This document shows positions 33,068 to 42,921 of a stretch of 54,709 nucleotides of DNA, in pieces. The translations under genes and the position numbers were made by a program. The stretch is taken from the NCBI GenBank assembly GCA_041690355.1, contig JAWLHK010000028.1, positions 1 to 54,709 of the forward strand, in the 5' to 3' direction. Position 1 is the first letter of the stretch; each line of letters begins with the position of its first letter. The notes beneath the pieces are model-generated. The model was not told where the DNA came from, did no database searches, and saw nothing but the letters and a program-made list of their open reading frames with translations. The stretch comes from a bacterium. Its GTDB lineage: Bacteria > J088 > JAWLBW01.

Positions 33068-33154
33068 ACACCACTTTACGTCCATCTGACACCACGACCC
33101 ACCACTTTACACCACCGTGGCATCACTTTACTTGGCCGGGGGGCACCTTGTCAA
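33068..33154 (-). promoter_or_regulatory. dcw promoter with an array of MraZ-binding boxes
   Basis: Minus strand TTGACA-18-TAAAGT followed by about six GTGG(TG)-type boxes at ~10-bp period. Confidence 0.8.
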
Positions 33155-33311
33155 GGCTCGCTTCAGAGCCGGCAACAGGACGGATCGGCGGGCATACAGG
33201 CGGAAATGGAGGACGGAACCAACCCGACATGAACAGTCGGGTTAACGCGGGGCGGACGCCTCCCCTGCCGCTTCATCCAACGGTTGGGGGCCGGAGCGCG
33301 TTACGATGGTG

Positions 33312-34115
33312 TCAGCGCCGGGTCGCGGCGCGCAGGGCGTGGAGGGCGGCGCCCGGATCGGGAGCGCGCATGAAGGTCTCGCCGATCAGAAAACTGTCGA
33401 CGCCGGCGTCGAGCATCCGCGAAAGGTCGGCGGGCGTGGCCAGGCCGCTCTCGGAGACCACGCGCACCCCGCCGGGCAAGCTGGCGAGCAGATCGAGGGT
33501 CGTCTCGAGGCGGGTCTCAAAGGTGCGCAGGTTACGGTTGTTGATGCCGAGCAGCGCCGTGTTCAGGCGCAGCGCGCGTTCGGCCTCGGCGGCATCATGC
33601 ACCTCGACGAGCGCCGTCATGCCCAGCGACTCTCCCAGCGCCTTCAGTTCGCCGGCGAGCGTGTCGTCGAGCATGGCCATGATGATGAGAAACAGATCTG
33701 CGCCGGCCGCTCGCGCCTCGTAGACCTGATAGGCATCGAAGAGAAAGTCCTTGCGCAGCACCGGAACCGAGACCTGCTCGCGCACGGCGACGAGATCGGC
33801 GAGCGCGCCCTCGAAGAAATCCTCTTCGGTGAGCACGCTGATGGCAGCCGCACCGGCCGCGTCGTAGCCCTTCGCAATCGCGACCGGGTGAAAGTCGGCG
33901 CGCAGCAGTCCCTTGGACGGGCTCGCCTTCTTGACCTCGGCGATGACGTACGGCGCGCCGGACGAAAAATCGACGCTGCGCACGGCAGATGCGGCCTCGG
34001 CAGCGCGGCGCACCTCTTCGAGCGGACGCAGGCGGCGCGCTTCGGCCACGCGCTCACGGCGGCGGTCGAGAATGCGATCGAGAAACGTTCCCGTTGCCCC
34101 GGGCATGCGCGTCAC
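33312..34115 (-). CDS. trpC: indole-3-glycerol phosphate synthase
   Basis: IAEVKKASPSKG, LRKDF, GINNRNL, SESG. Confidence 0.97.
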   Translation of the reverse strand: MTRMPGATGTFLDRILDRRRERVAEARRLRPLEEVRRAAEAASAVRSVDFSSGAPYVIAEVKKASPSKGLLRADFHPVAIAKGYDAAGAAAISVLTEEDFFEGALADLVAVREQVSVPVLRKDFLFDAYQVYEARAAGADLFLIIMAMLDDTLAGELKALGESLGMTALVEVHDAAEAERALRLNTALLGINNRNLRTFETRLETTLDLLASLPGGVRVVSESGLATPADLSRMLDAGVDSFLIGETFMRAPDPGAALHALRAATRR

Positions 34116-35143
34116 GCCTGCAGCCTGCGCCCGAATTCTATCAGGCGGTCGAGTTTCTCGAGCGCCGCGCCGGAACGGACCGATTCCCGGGCGGCCGTCA
34201 CGGCGGCGCTCCAGTCATCGGCCCGCTCGCTGATGCGCAGCGCCGCGGCGGCATTGAGCACCGTCAGTTCGAGCATGGCCGACGGTTCTCCCGAGAGCAC
34301 GTCACGGATATGGCGCGCATTCTCTTCGACCTCGCCCCCCTTGAGGCTCGCGGCGTCGACCAGCTCGAACCCGATGTCGCGCGGGTCGAAGGTCGCCACC
34401 GTCACCTCGCCACGGCGCAGCTCGGCCACGTAGGAGGGGCCGGTCAGCGTGAGTTCGTCGAGGCCGTCGGCGCCGTGCACCACCATCGCCCCCTTGGAGC
34501 CGAGCGACTGCAGCACGCGCGCGAGCGGCTCGACCAGCTTGCGATCGAAGACGCCGAGCAGCTGATATTCGGCCCCCGCCGGGTTGGAGAGAGGGCCGAG
34601 AATGTTGAACAGCGAGCGGACGCCGATTTCGCGGCGGGCGGGCGCCGCATACTTCATGGCGCCATGGTAGACGGGGGCGAAGAGAAAGCCGACCCCCACC
34701 GTCTCGATGGCCTCGAGCACCTGCTCGGGGCTCATGTCGAGGTTTACCCCGAGCGCGCCGAGAACGTCGGCGCTGCCGCAGCGGCTCGACACCGAGCGAT
34801 TGCCGTGCTTGGCGACGGGCATGCCCGCCCCCGCCACGACGAACGCGGTCGCCGTCGACACATTGAAGGTCCCCGAGCTGTCGCCCCCGGTGCCGCAGGT
34901 ATCGAAGACCGGGCGGCTCGGGCTGATGCGGCGAGCGTGATCACGCATGGAGCGCACGGCGCCTGCGATTTCGTCGATCGTCTCGCCCTTCATCCGCAGA
35001 GCCACGAGAAAAGCGGCGATCTGCGCGTCAGTGCTTTTCCCCTCCATGATCTCGCTGATGACGGCGTACATCTCGTCGGCGCCGTGGCTTTCGCCCCGGA
35101 CGAGCCGATCGATGGCCTGCTGGGTCAAGGTTTTTTCAGCCAT
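34112..35143 (-). CDS. trpD: anthranilate phosphoribosyltransferase
   Basis: DTCGTGGD, KHGNRSVSS, GLDE. Confidence 0.97.
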   Translation of the reverse strand: MAEKTLTQQAIDRLVRGESHGADEMYAVISEIMEGKSTDAQIAAFLVALRMKGETIDEIAGAVRSMRDHARRISPSRPVFDTCGTGGDSSGTFNVSTATAFVVAGAGMPVAKHGNRSVSSRCGSADVLGALGVNLDMSPEQVLEAIETVGVGFLFAPVYHGAMKYAAPARREIGVRSLFNILGPLSNPAGAEYQLLGVFDRKLVEPLARVLQSLGSKGAMVVHGADGLDELTLTGPSYVAELRRGEVTVATFDPRDIGFELVDAASLKGGEVEENARHIRDVLSGEPSAMLELTVLNAAAALRISERADDWSAAVTAARESVRSGAALEKLDRLIEFGRRLQA

Positions 35144-35657
35144 GGTTGAACTCCTTGCCTTCGGCCGGGATACGCGAGAGGGCGGCGAGCACGCGGTGCT
35201 GCGTGCGAAAACGCCACGCGAGCGCATTGAGCAGATAGAAGACGGCGGCGAAGAGCAGATAGAGACGAATCACCTGGGGAAAAGCGGTGGAGCCGACGAG
35301 ATAGTCGGCGCCCGCGACCGCACCCAGAAACCCCAAGGCAAAGTTGGCCATGTACTGCTCGTTCCAGACCAGAAACTCGGCCCGCATCATGCCCGCCAGG
35401 TCACCCCGGCCATGGGAGCGGCGGATGGCGTCGAGCAGCGAATCATCGGCAAAGAACCGGGGATGGCGGCAGACGATGTCGACGGCCGCGGCCGCAAGCC
35501 CGAGCCCGCCGGCAATCCAGTCGACGCGCGGCGCGGCGCCTTCGAGCAGGGCAGCCACGGCGAAGCCCGCCAGGCTGATGAGGCCGAACCCGAAGGCGCG
35601 GCTCCACCCCTCCCAGAGCAGAAATGAAGCGAAGAGTCGATGAGCGGATACTTGCAT
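35136..35657 (-). CDS. hypothetical membrane protein inside the trp operon
   Basis: About four hydrophobic segments; fills the trpG-trpD gap and overlaps the trpD start. Confidence 0.6.
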   Translation of the reverse strand: MQVSAHRLFASFLLWEGWSRAFGFGLISLAGFAVAALLEGAAPRVDWIAGGLGLAAAAVDIVCRHPRFFADDSLLDAIRRSHGRGDLAGMMRAEFLVWNEQYMANFALGFLGAVAGADYLVGSTAFPQVIRLYLLFAAVFYLLNALAWRFRTQHRVLAALSRIPAEGKEFNHG

Positions 35658-35711
35658 GGCAGAAGGCCCAGAAGCGCCCCGCAGCCCCGGGGCCGCGCCG
35701 GCGCGAGTATT

Positions 35712-36278
35712 CTACTCCAGCGTGAGAAAGTTCTGCAACAGCCGCTTGCCCTCGGTCGTGAGGATCGACTCGGGGTGGAACTGTATGCCTTCGATGGGGA
35801 AGCGGCGGTGACGCAGGCCCATGATTTCGCCGTCCTCGGTGCGCGCCGTGATTTCCAGTTCGGCCGGCACGGACGCCTCTTCGGCGACGAGCGAGTGATA
35901 GCGGGTAGCGACGAACGGGTTGCCGAGTTCCTTGAAGACGCCGCGGCCGTCGTGGTGCACGAGGCTCGTCTTGCCGTGCATGATCTGTCGGGCGCGCACG
36001 ACGCGGCCCCCGAACGCCTGCTGAATGGACTGGTGTCCCAGGCAGACGCCGAGCAGCTTCACACGGCCGGCGGCGGCCCGGATGAGATCCATACTGATGC
36101 CGGCTTCGTTCGGCGTGCAGGGGCCCGGCGAAATGACGATGCCGTCGGGCTTGCGGGCGAGCGCGTCTTCGGGGGTGAGCACGTCATTGCGGTAGACTTC
36201 GACGGTCTGGCCGAGCTCCTGCAGGTACTGCACGAGGTTGTACGTGAAACTGTCGTAGTTGTCGATCATGAGGATCAT
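35712..36278 (-). CDS. trpG: anthranilate synthase component II
   Basis: [23 protein letters not shown]. Confidence 0.96.
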   Translation of the reverse strand: MILMIDNYDSFTYNLVQYLQELGQTVEVYRNDVLTPEDALARKPDGIVISPGPCTPNEAGISMDLIRAAAGRVKLLGVCLGHQSIQQAFGGRVVRARQIMHGKTSLVHHDGRGVFKELGNPFVATRYHSLVAEEASVPAELEITARTEDGEIMGLRHRRFPIEGIQFHPESILTTEGKRLLQNFLTLE

Positions 36279-37750
36279 GTTTCGAGCCCCGCCTCGGCCA
36301 TCTCGACGGCGCGCATCAGGGCGCGCGCCTTGTTCCAGCATTCCTGATATTCCCGCTCGGGCACGCTGTCGTAGACGATGCCCGCCCCCGCCTGCATGTA
36401 GAGCTTGTTTCCGCGTGCGACGAACGTACGGATGGCGATGGCCTGATCCATGCTGCCGCCGAAGGCGAAGTAGCCGACGCAGCCCGCATAGAGCCCGCGG
36501 CGCGAGGGCTCGAGTTCGTTGATGATCTCCATGGCGCGGATCTTGGGGGCGCCGCTCATGGTGCCGGCCGGAAATGTAGCCGCGAGCACGTCGAAGGCAT
36601 CCTTGCCCGGCAGAAGCCGGCCGCGCACATTCGAGACGATGTGCATGACGTGGCTGTAGCGCTCGATGACCTGGAGTTCGGTGACGTGCACCGAGCCGCC
36701 GACCGAAACGCGGCCGACATCGTTGCGCCCCAGGTCGACGAGCATGATGTGCTCGGCCAGTTCCTTCGGATCGTGGATGAGACGATCGGCATTGGCCAGA
36801 TCCTCTTCGTCGCTCTTGCCGCGCGGCGAGGTGCCGGCGATGGGACGCGAATCGATGACGTCGCCCTCGAGGCGCACGAGCAGCTCGGGCGAGCTCCCGA
36901 CGATGTCGACGTCGCCCAGGCGCAGAAAGAACATGTAGGGTGACGGGTTGATCACCCGCAGGGCGCGATAGAGGTCGAGGTGATCGACCTCGCTCTCGAC
37001 CGAGAAGCGCTGCGAAAGGACGACCTGAAAGACGTCGCCGGCGCGGATGTATTCCTTGGCGCGCTCGACCCAGTTGAAGAACTCCTCGCGGGTCGCGTTC
37101 GACTGCACTTCGCTCTTGCGGGCGGTGCGGCGAACCGGACGTGACACCGCCTGCTGAAGCTTCGCCGCGAGCGCGTCGATCTTGCGCACCCCCTCGTCAT
37201 AGGCGACCCGCGCGTCGGCTCCGTCGGGAACGTGCACGTTCGCGACGATGCGGGCCGTGTGGCGCAGGCCGTCGAAGATGACCAGCGTGTCGGTCAGCAG
37301 ATAATAGGCGTCATAGAGCTGCAGCTCATCCGGCCCGGTCATGGGAATGCGCTCGAAATAGCGCACGCCGTCGTAGCCGAAGTAGCCCACGGCACCGCCG
37401 AAGAACGGCGGCAGGGCCGGATCGGTCACCGGGCGATAAGCCGACATCAGTTCGCGAAGGCGGTGCAGCGGGTGTTCGACGGTCTCCGTCCGCCAGCTTC
37501 GACCCTCGAGAATCTCGACTTCATTGCCGCGCGCGCGGAAGACGACGGACGGCTCGGTGCAGAGAAAGCTGTAGCGGCCCCACTTCTCGCCCCCCTCGAC
37601 CGATTCCAGCAGAAACGCGTGCTCGCCGCCGAGCAGTTTCAGAAACGCCGAGACCGGCGTATCGAAGTCGGCGAGAATCTCGCGATGGACGGGAATGAGG
37701 TTGCCCTGGCGGCAGCGCGCCTGGAACTCCTCGAAGGTCGGCTGGACCAT
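36275..37750 (-). CDS. trpE: anthranilate synthase component I
   Basis: [27 protein letters not shown]. Confidence 0.96.
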   Translation of the reverse strand: MVQPTFEEFQARCRQGNLIPVHREILADFDTPVSAFLKLLGGEHAFLLESVEGGEKWGRYSFLCTEPSVVFRARGNEVEILEGRSWRTETVEHPLHRLRELMSAYRPVTDPALPPFFGGAVGYFGYDGVRYFERIPMTGPDELQLYDAYYLLTDTLVIFDGLRHTARIVANVHVPDGADARVAYDEGVRKIDALAAKLQQAVSRPVRRTARKSEVQSNATREEFFNWVERAKEYIRAGDVFQVVLSQRFSVESEVDHLDLYRALRVINPSPYMFFLRLGDVDIVGSSPELLVRLEGDVIDSRPIAGTSPRGKSDEEDLANADRLIHDPKELAEHIMLVDLGRNDVGRVSVGGSVHVTELQVIERYSHVMHIVSNVRGRLLPGKDAFDVLAATFPAGTMSGAPKIRAMEIINELEPSRRGLYAGCVGYFAFGGSMDQAIAIRTFVARGNKLYMQAGAGIVYDSVPEREYQECWNKARALMRAVEMAEAGLET

Positions 37751-37866
37751 GGAGGCGGAATCCGGAGTAAAACAGAAACACGCCCGCGACGCCGCGGATT
37801 CGGCGCACGGGCAAGAGGTAACGGTATCACGCGCTCAGAAAGAGCGTCAAGCCGCAGAAGGCGGCC

Positions 37867-39192
37867 TCAGGACGGGATGGCGACGGGGGCACGGCCGATG
37901 GAATGGTAGATGAAGCCGTAGCCCACCATGCGCCCGGGGTCGTACAGATTGCGGCCGTCGAAGATGACCGGCATGCGCATGCGCCGGCGGATTTCTCCGA
38001 AATCGGGGAGGCGAAATTCGTTCCACTCGGTCACGACGAGCAGGGCGTCGGCGCCGTCGAGCGCGCCGTAGGGTTCGGGCGCGTAGACGATGCGATCGCC
38101 GAAGTGGCGCCGGGCCTCGTCCATGGCCACGGGGTCATGGACGCGCACGCGGGCGCCCGCACCGAGCAGGCGCTCGATGATCGTGATGGAGGGCGCTTCG
38201 CGCATGTCGTCGGTCTTCGGCTTGAAGCTGAGCCCCCAGACCGCGATCTCCCGCCCGGCCAGCTCGCCGGCGAAGTGGCGCCGGACCTTGTGGAAAAGGA
38301 CCTGCTTCTGGCGGTCGTTCACGGCGTCGACGGCGCGCATGATGTCGAGCGGCTGCCCGAGCTGCTCCCCCATGTGCATGATCGCCTTGACGTCTTTGGG
38401 AAAACAGGAGCCCCCGTAGCCGACGCCCGGATGAATGAACTGGAAGCCGATGCGCCGGTCGTAGCCGATCCCCTTGCGCACCTGGTTGACGTCGGCCCCC
38501 AGATGTTCGCACAGGTTGGCCATCTCGTTGATGAAGCTGATCTTGGTGGCGAGCATGGCGTTGGCCACGTACTTCGTCATCTCCGAACTGCGGATGTCCA
38601 TGAACAGGATCGGGTTCTCGGTGCGCACGAAGGGGCTGTAGAGCTCGGTCATGAGCGCCTGAATCTCGGCATCGGGCGTTTCGAGCCCGACGACCACCCG
38701 ATCGGGCTTGGTGAAATCGTCGATGGCCGCCCCTTCTTTGAGAAACTCGGGGTTCGAGACGACGGCGAACGCGTGCGTCGTACGTTCTTCCATGACCTTG
38801 CGCACGAGGGCCCCGGTGCCGACGGGAACCGTGCTCTTGTTCACGATGACCCGGTGCCCGTCCATCGCGCCGGCGATGCCGCGGGCGACGTCGAGCACGT
38901 AACGCAGGTCGGCCGAGCCGTCTTCTCCCGGCGGGGTGCCGACGGCAATGAAGCAGATGCGCCCGTGGCCGACGGCCTCGGCCAGATCGGTCGTGAAGCG
39001 CAGGCGGCCGTCGGCCACGTTGCGGCGCACGAGTTCGGCGAGGCCCGGTTCGTAGATCGGGATCTCCCCTTTCTGCAGGCGCGCAATCTTGCCCGCATCG
39101 GTATCCATGCAGACGACGCGGTTGCCGCTGTCGGCGAAGCAGGTGCCCGTGACAAGCCCGACGTAGCCGGTTCCGATAACGCAGATATCCAT
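37867..39192 (-). CDS. ugd: UDP-glucose 6-dehydrogenase
   Basis: GTGYVG, NPEFLKEG, GYGGSCFPKD, FKPKTDDMRE. Confidence 0.96.
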   Translation of the reverse strand: MDICVIGTGYVGLVTGTCFADSGNRVVCMDTDAGKIARLQKGEIPIYEPGLAELVRRNVADGRLRFTTDLAEAVGHGRICFIAVGTPPGEDGSADLRYVLDVARGIAGAMDGHRVIVNKSTVPVGTGALVRKVMEERTTHAFAVVSNPEFLKEGAAIDDFTKPDRVVVGLETPDAEIQALMTELYSPFVRTENPILFMDIRSSEMTKYVANAMLATKISFINEMANLCEHLGADVNQVRKGIGYDRRIGFQFIHPGVGYGGSCFPKDVKAIMHMGEQLGQPLDIMRAVDAVNDRQKQVLFHKVRRHFAGELAGREIAVWGLSFKPKTDDMREAPSITIIERLLGAGARVRVHDPVAMDEARRHFGDRIVYAPEPYGALDGADALLVVTEWNEFRLPDFGEIRRRMRMPVIFDGRNLYDPGRMVGYGFIYHSIGRAPVAIPS

Positions 39193-39346
39193 AAATGAAG
39201 CCTCTCGATGCCTCGGCAGGGCCGCTGCCGGAGCCCGTGCGGGCCGACGGCGGGCCGTCTGCGGGGGCCGCCTAAAGGATAGCACGCGGCGCCCGTCGGG
39301 TAAACGCGCGCGAAGGGGCTCACGTATCCCCCCTGCTTAGTATTGT

Positions 39347-39385
39347 GTCAATGTCTTGACCATTTATCAAGCCGGACGCTATGCT
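39347..39385 (+). promoter_or_regulatory. sigma70 promoter of the kinase-rSAM-NTase operon with an overlapping palindrome
   Basis: TTGACC-18-TATGCT; GTCAA-N4-TTGAC inverted repeat over the -35; GGAGG RBS at 39411. Confidence 0.6.
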
Positions 39386-39419
39386 GGGGGTAACGGGGGG
39401 AGCACTCCAGGGAGGTTGC

Positions 39420-40418
39420 GTGAGGACCGAAACGACATCGCCCACATCCGCATGGTTCGACTTCTTCGGCGTGACGGGCCAGGTCGAGGCCGGGCCCGAG
39501 CTGAGCCCGCTACTCGACGAGTGCCGGCGCTTCTGGAAGTCCTACCGCCGGGACGCCGCAGCGTCTGCGCCGGCCGACCTGCGCATCGAGCTGCATCACC
39601 CGGGCGACTGGACACCGTACGAAGAGCGCAGGCGCGAGCCGGGGAGCATCTTCATCGGCCCGCTGCAATGGTACTATCGCGACGACTACTTCGTCCTGCA
39701 CGAGCCCGACCGCGTGGTCGTGGGGCGGCCCCGGCTGATCGAAGCCTACCTGCGCGCTCCGGCCCCGCGCGACCCGCGCCTCTTCGTGCACTTCACGCTC
39801 AATCTCGCCTTCATCGAGGCCTTGCGCCACCACGGCCTCTTTTACGTGCACGGCGCCTGCCTCGTCTCGCCCGAGGGCAAGCGCTATCTTATCGCGGGCG
39901 ACGGCTGCCAGGGAAAATCCACGTTGACACTGAGCCTGCTGCTCCACGGATACCGGTATCTGAGCGACGACGCGGTCTTTCTCGACACGCGCGGCGAAAC
40001 AGTACGCCTGCTCGGCTATCACAAAGCCTTTCACGTGGGCAACGACCTGATTTCCCGCTTCAGCGGGCGCGCAGGCGCCGAGGCATTTCTCCCCTACGGC
40101 AAGACCGACAAGAGCGAGATCGATCCCGAACTGCTCTTCCCCGAGCAGCGCCTGGACGGGATCGACCAGGCCGACGTCATTCTCATGCCCTCGATTCACG
40201 ATGCTCCCGAAACCCGCATCGACCGCCAGCCGCAGGCCGAGGTCCTCAGCAATTTCTTCGTTGCGAGCACACAGGTGCTCTTCGACCGGAAGCTGGCCGC
40301 CGCCCACCTGGACGCACTGCGCTCCGTGACGGATCGGGCGCGTGGCTACCGCTTCGTGGCCGGGCGCGACGTCTATACCGACCCGTCGCTCTACCATCCC
40401 CTCATCCGGGACCTCTGA
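39420..40418 (+). CDS. HprK-related P-loop kinase
   Basis: VHGACL..LIAGDGCQGKSTL..YLSDD; GGAGG then GTG start. Confidence 0.85.
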   Translation: MRTETTSPTSAWFDFFGVTGQVEAGPELSPLLDECRRFWKSYRRDAAASAPADLRIELHHPGDWTPYEERRREPGSIFIGPLQWYYRDDYFVLHEPDRVVVGRPRLIEAYLRAPAPRDPRLFVHFTLNLAFIEALRHHGLFYVHGACLVSPEGKRYLIAGDGCQGKSTLTLSLLLHGYRYLSDDAVFLDTRGETVRLLGYHKAFHVGNDLISRFSGRAGAEAFLPYGKTDKSEIDPELLFPEQRLDGIDQADVILMPSIHDAPETRIDRQPQAEVLSNFFVASTQVLFDRKLAAAHLDALRSVTDRARGYRFVAGRDVYTDPSLYHPLIRDL

Positions 40419-41386
40419 TGCGCCGTCTGGGGCTCGAGCTTACCGACCGCTGCAACCTCCAGTGCACGCACTGCCTGCGGGCGATCAACGTCGACCGCCG
40501 CGATCTGCCCCGCGACCTGGCGCACGCGATACTCGACGAAGCGCACGCAGCCGGCTTCACGACGCTCGTCTTCACGGGGGGCGAACCCACGCTGCACCCG
40601 CACTTCGTCGAGCTCGCCGAACATGCCCTGCGGCGGGGATTCGCCCTGACCGTCGTCACCAACGGGCAAACCCCGCGACGGCTCTGGGAGCTGCTCGCCG
40701 GCGACTTGGACTTCAGCACGCTGACGGTGGCCCTGAGCGCCGAAGGGGCCGATCGGGCCTCCTTCGATCTGATCCGCGGCCGCAATGCCTACCGCCGGTT
40801 CCTGCGCACAGTGCTGGGGCTTGCCGCGCGCCGCGTGCGTTTCCGCCTGAGCTTCGCCGTAGGCGCATGGAATGCCGGTCAGCTGCCCGCCATGCTCGAG
40901 ATGGCCGAGCGCCTGGGCGCCTCGGGCGTCTCGCTCGCCGCCTTTCAGCCGACGGCCCGGGACGAAGAACCGGTCGACATGGCCGAACACGCACAGTTGC
41001 TCGAACAGCTCGAACGGGCGGCCGATTCGGCACCGGTTCCGGTCACGCTTGCCTTCGAGCCGCTCACCCGCGCGCACGACCACCTGTGCTCGACGCTCGC
41101 ACTCGACGATCTGAACATCAATCACCGCGGCGAAGTCACCTTCTGCTGCCAGCTATCGACCCTCTACGACAGTCCCGACGCCGCGGCCGTCACGATCGCC
41201 GACGCCCGCCGGGGCCTCGCGGCCGCCGTCGCGGCCCAGGCGCGAGCCGTCGCCGACTTTCTGGACGACAAGCGGCGCGCGTGGCAGAACGGCCCGCCGC
41301 GACCAACCGATCTGCAACCCTGTTACTACTGCCTTCGCGCATTCGGTCAGCGCATCGAGAGGGAGGAGAACCGCCATGCGGCCTGA
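40418..41386 (+). CDS. radical SAM enzyme with C-terminal Cys-rich SPASM/Twitch-like domain
   Basis: CNLQCTHC, TGGEP, TNG; C-terminal C-x12-G-x4-CC and CYYC; TGATG coupling to the kinase. Confidence 0.9.
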   Translation: MRRLGLELTDRCNLQCTHCLRAINVDRRDLPRDLAHAILDEAHAAGFTTLVFTGGEPTLHPHFVELAEHALRRGFALTVVTNGQTPRRLWELLAGDLDFSTLTVALSAEGADRASFDLIRGRNAYRRFLRTVLGLAARRVRFRLSFAVGAWNAGQLPAMLEMAERLGASGVSLAAFQPTARDEEPVDMAEHAQLLEQLERAADSAPVPVTLAFEPLTRAHDHLCSTLALDDLNINHRGEVTFCCQLSTLYDSPDAAAVTIADARRGLAAAVAAQARAVADFLDDKRRAWQNGPPRPTDLQPCYYCLRAFGQRIEREENRHAA

Positions 41387-42353
41387 ACACGAAGCCCTGC
41401 TCATCCTCGTCGAGCCCGAGCGGACGCGCCGCGAAGAAAAACGTCTCATCCGGCGCATGCGCGGCCCGTTCGACTGGGCCGCATTCGTGCACCTGGCAGA
41501 CGCCAAGCTGGTGGCCCCGTTCGTACTCTTTCAGCTCCGCCGCCACGAACTGCTCGACCTCGTTCCGAGTGCCGCACGCGAACGCCTGCGCGACCACTAC
41601 GAGACCGTGGCGAGCCGTAACGCCATCCTCCTGCACGACCTCCATGCGGCGGGCGCGGCTCTCGACAAAGCGGGCATCGAATGGGTTCCGCTCAAGGGGG
41701 CGGCCCTGCTGCACCGCGGGATCTACCCGGACCGCGGCCTGCGCGTCCTGAGCGATCTCGACCTGCTCGTGCGCCCCGTAGACGCCCAGCGCGCCTGGGA
41801 CCTGCTGCGCGGGCACGACTACCGCAAGATGGTCGACAATGAACCCGACGCGCGCCATCTGCCGCCGCTCGTGAACGGGCGCGGCACGGTCATCGAGCTG
41901 CATCGCGGTATCGGCAATCAGGTCGACCTGAACATCCCCGTGCGCTTCGAAGCGTTTCGGGACGAGTTTCTGCCGTCGCTGGCCATGCATCTCCAGATAC
42001 ACCATGCGCGCGACGCCAAACTCGCCGTGCGCGGTCAGATCGACCTCTGGTTTCTCAACGGTGCCCTTCGCGCACAGGGGCTGCCCACCGTGCCGGTCTT
42101 CGAAAACCGCCGTGAGCTGATCCGCAGCCTGCGCGTACGCAACCGGTACGACGAGGTCTTCTTCACGCGCCCCGGCGGCTGGGTGCGGCTTCTGTTCCCC
42201 TCGCGTGAAGAGATGCTGCGCCGGCACGGCGGGGCGGCGGCGGGCGCCGGGCTGTACCGGCTCTACGGGCGGCGTCTCATGGGACTGCGCGCACAGCTCC
42301 CGACGGTGCGCAAGAGCGTGGCCGGATATCTCGAGTCCATGCGCGGGCGTTGA
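41376..42353 (+). CDS. nucleotidyltransferase family protein (NTP_transf_5-like)
   Basis: LKGAAL..YPDRGLR..SDLDLLV, IELH; GGAGGAG RBS; overlaps the rSAM end. Confidence 0.85.
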   Translation: MRPEHEALLILVEPERTRREEKRLIRRMRGPFDWAAFVHLADAKLVAPFVLFQLRRHELLDLVPSAARERLRDHYETVASRNAILLHDLHAAGAALDKAGIEWVPLKGAALLHRGIYPDRGLRVLSDLDLLVRPVDAQRAWDLLRGHDYRKMVDNEPDARHLPPLVNGRGTVIELHRGIGNQVDLNIPVRFEAFRDEFLPSLAMHLQIHHARDAKLAVRGQIDLWFLNGALRAQGLPTVPVFENRRELIRSLRVRNRYDEVFFTRPGGWVRLLFPSREEMLRRHGGAAAGAGLYRLYGRRLMGLRAQLPTVRKSVAGYLESMRGR

Positions 42354-42459
42354 CAGACGCGCGTGCAGGCGTCGACGGCCTTCCGGCAAAGCCCCCGGGC
42401 CCGAATTCCCCCTCCGGACGCGGGAAGATGGAAGAAGATTCCACAGCAAGGAGGACTCC

Positions 42460-42909
42460 ATGCAGGTACGCGACATCATGACCACGAACGTGGTCTGCAT
42501 TGACCCGAATACGAGCCTGCGCGAAGCGGCGCAGAAGATGAAAGACAACGACACGGGCGCGCTGCCTGTGCTCTCGGGACCCGAAGGGGAGCCGATCGGC
42601 ATTCTCACCGATCGCGACATTGCCATTCGCGCCGTGGCCGAAGGCGCCACGCCCGACGACACCGTCGATCGCTTCGTGACCCGGCAGGTGGTAACCATCG
42701 AGCCCGACGCCGATATTGATGACGCCTCCCGAATCATGGGCGACCGGCAGATCCGCAGGCTCTGCGTCGTTGAAAACGGCCATCTGGTCGGAATCATCTC
42801 GCTGGGCGATCTGGCGGTGATCGAGTCGAACGAAGCCGAAGACGCGCTCGAAGACATCTCGCACGGCGCCCGGGCCGAGGGGGATGGCGGGAGCCGGCCG
42901 AGCGCCTGA
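42460..42909 (+). CDS. CBS domain-pair protein
   Basis: VRDIMT, GILTDRDI, GIISLGDL; AGGAGG RBS. Confidence 0.93.
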   Translation: MQVRDIMTTNVVCIDPNTSLREAAQKMKDNDTGALPVLSGPEGEPIGILTDRDIAIRAVAEGATPDDTVDRFVTRQVVTIEPDADIDDASRIMGDRQIRRLCVVENGHLVGIISLGDLAVIESNEAEDALEDISHGARAEGDGGSRPSA

Positions 42910-42921
42910 TCGCGCCTCGCT

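Noticed and set aside
39195-39275. 26-aa ORF MKPLDASAG...GAA as RiPP precursor
   Set aside because: No RBS, lies upstream of the operon promoter, overlaps the ugd initiation region and lacks leader-like motifs.
39356-41386. 676-aa ORF as one protein
   Set aside because: The N-terminal half is an Arg/Pro-rich shadow of the kinase; the radical SAM starts at 40418.
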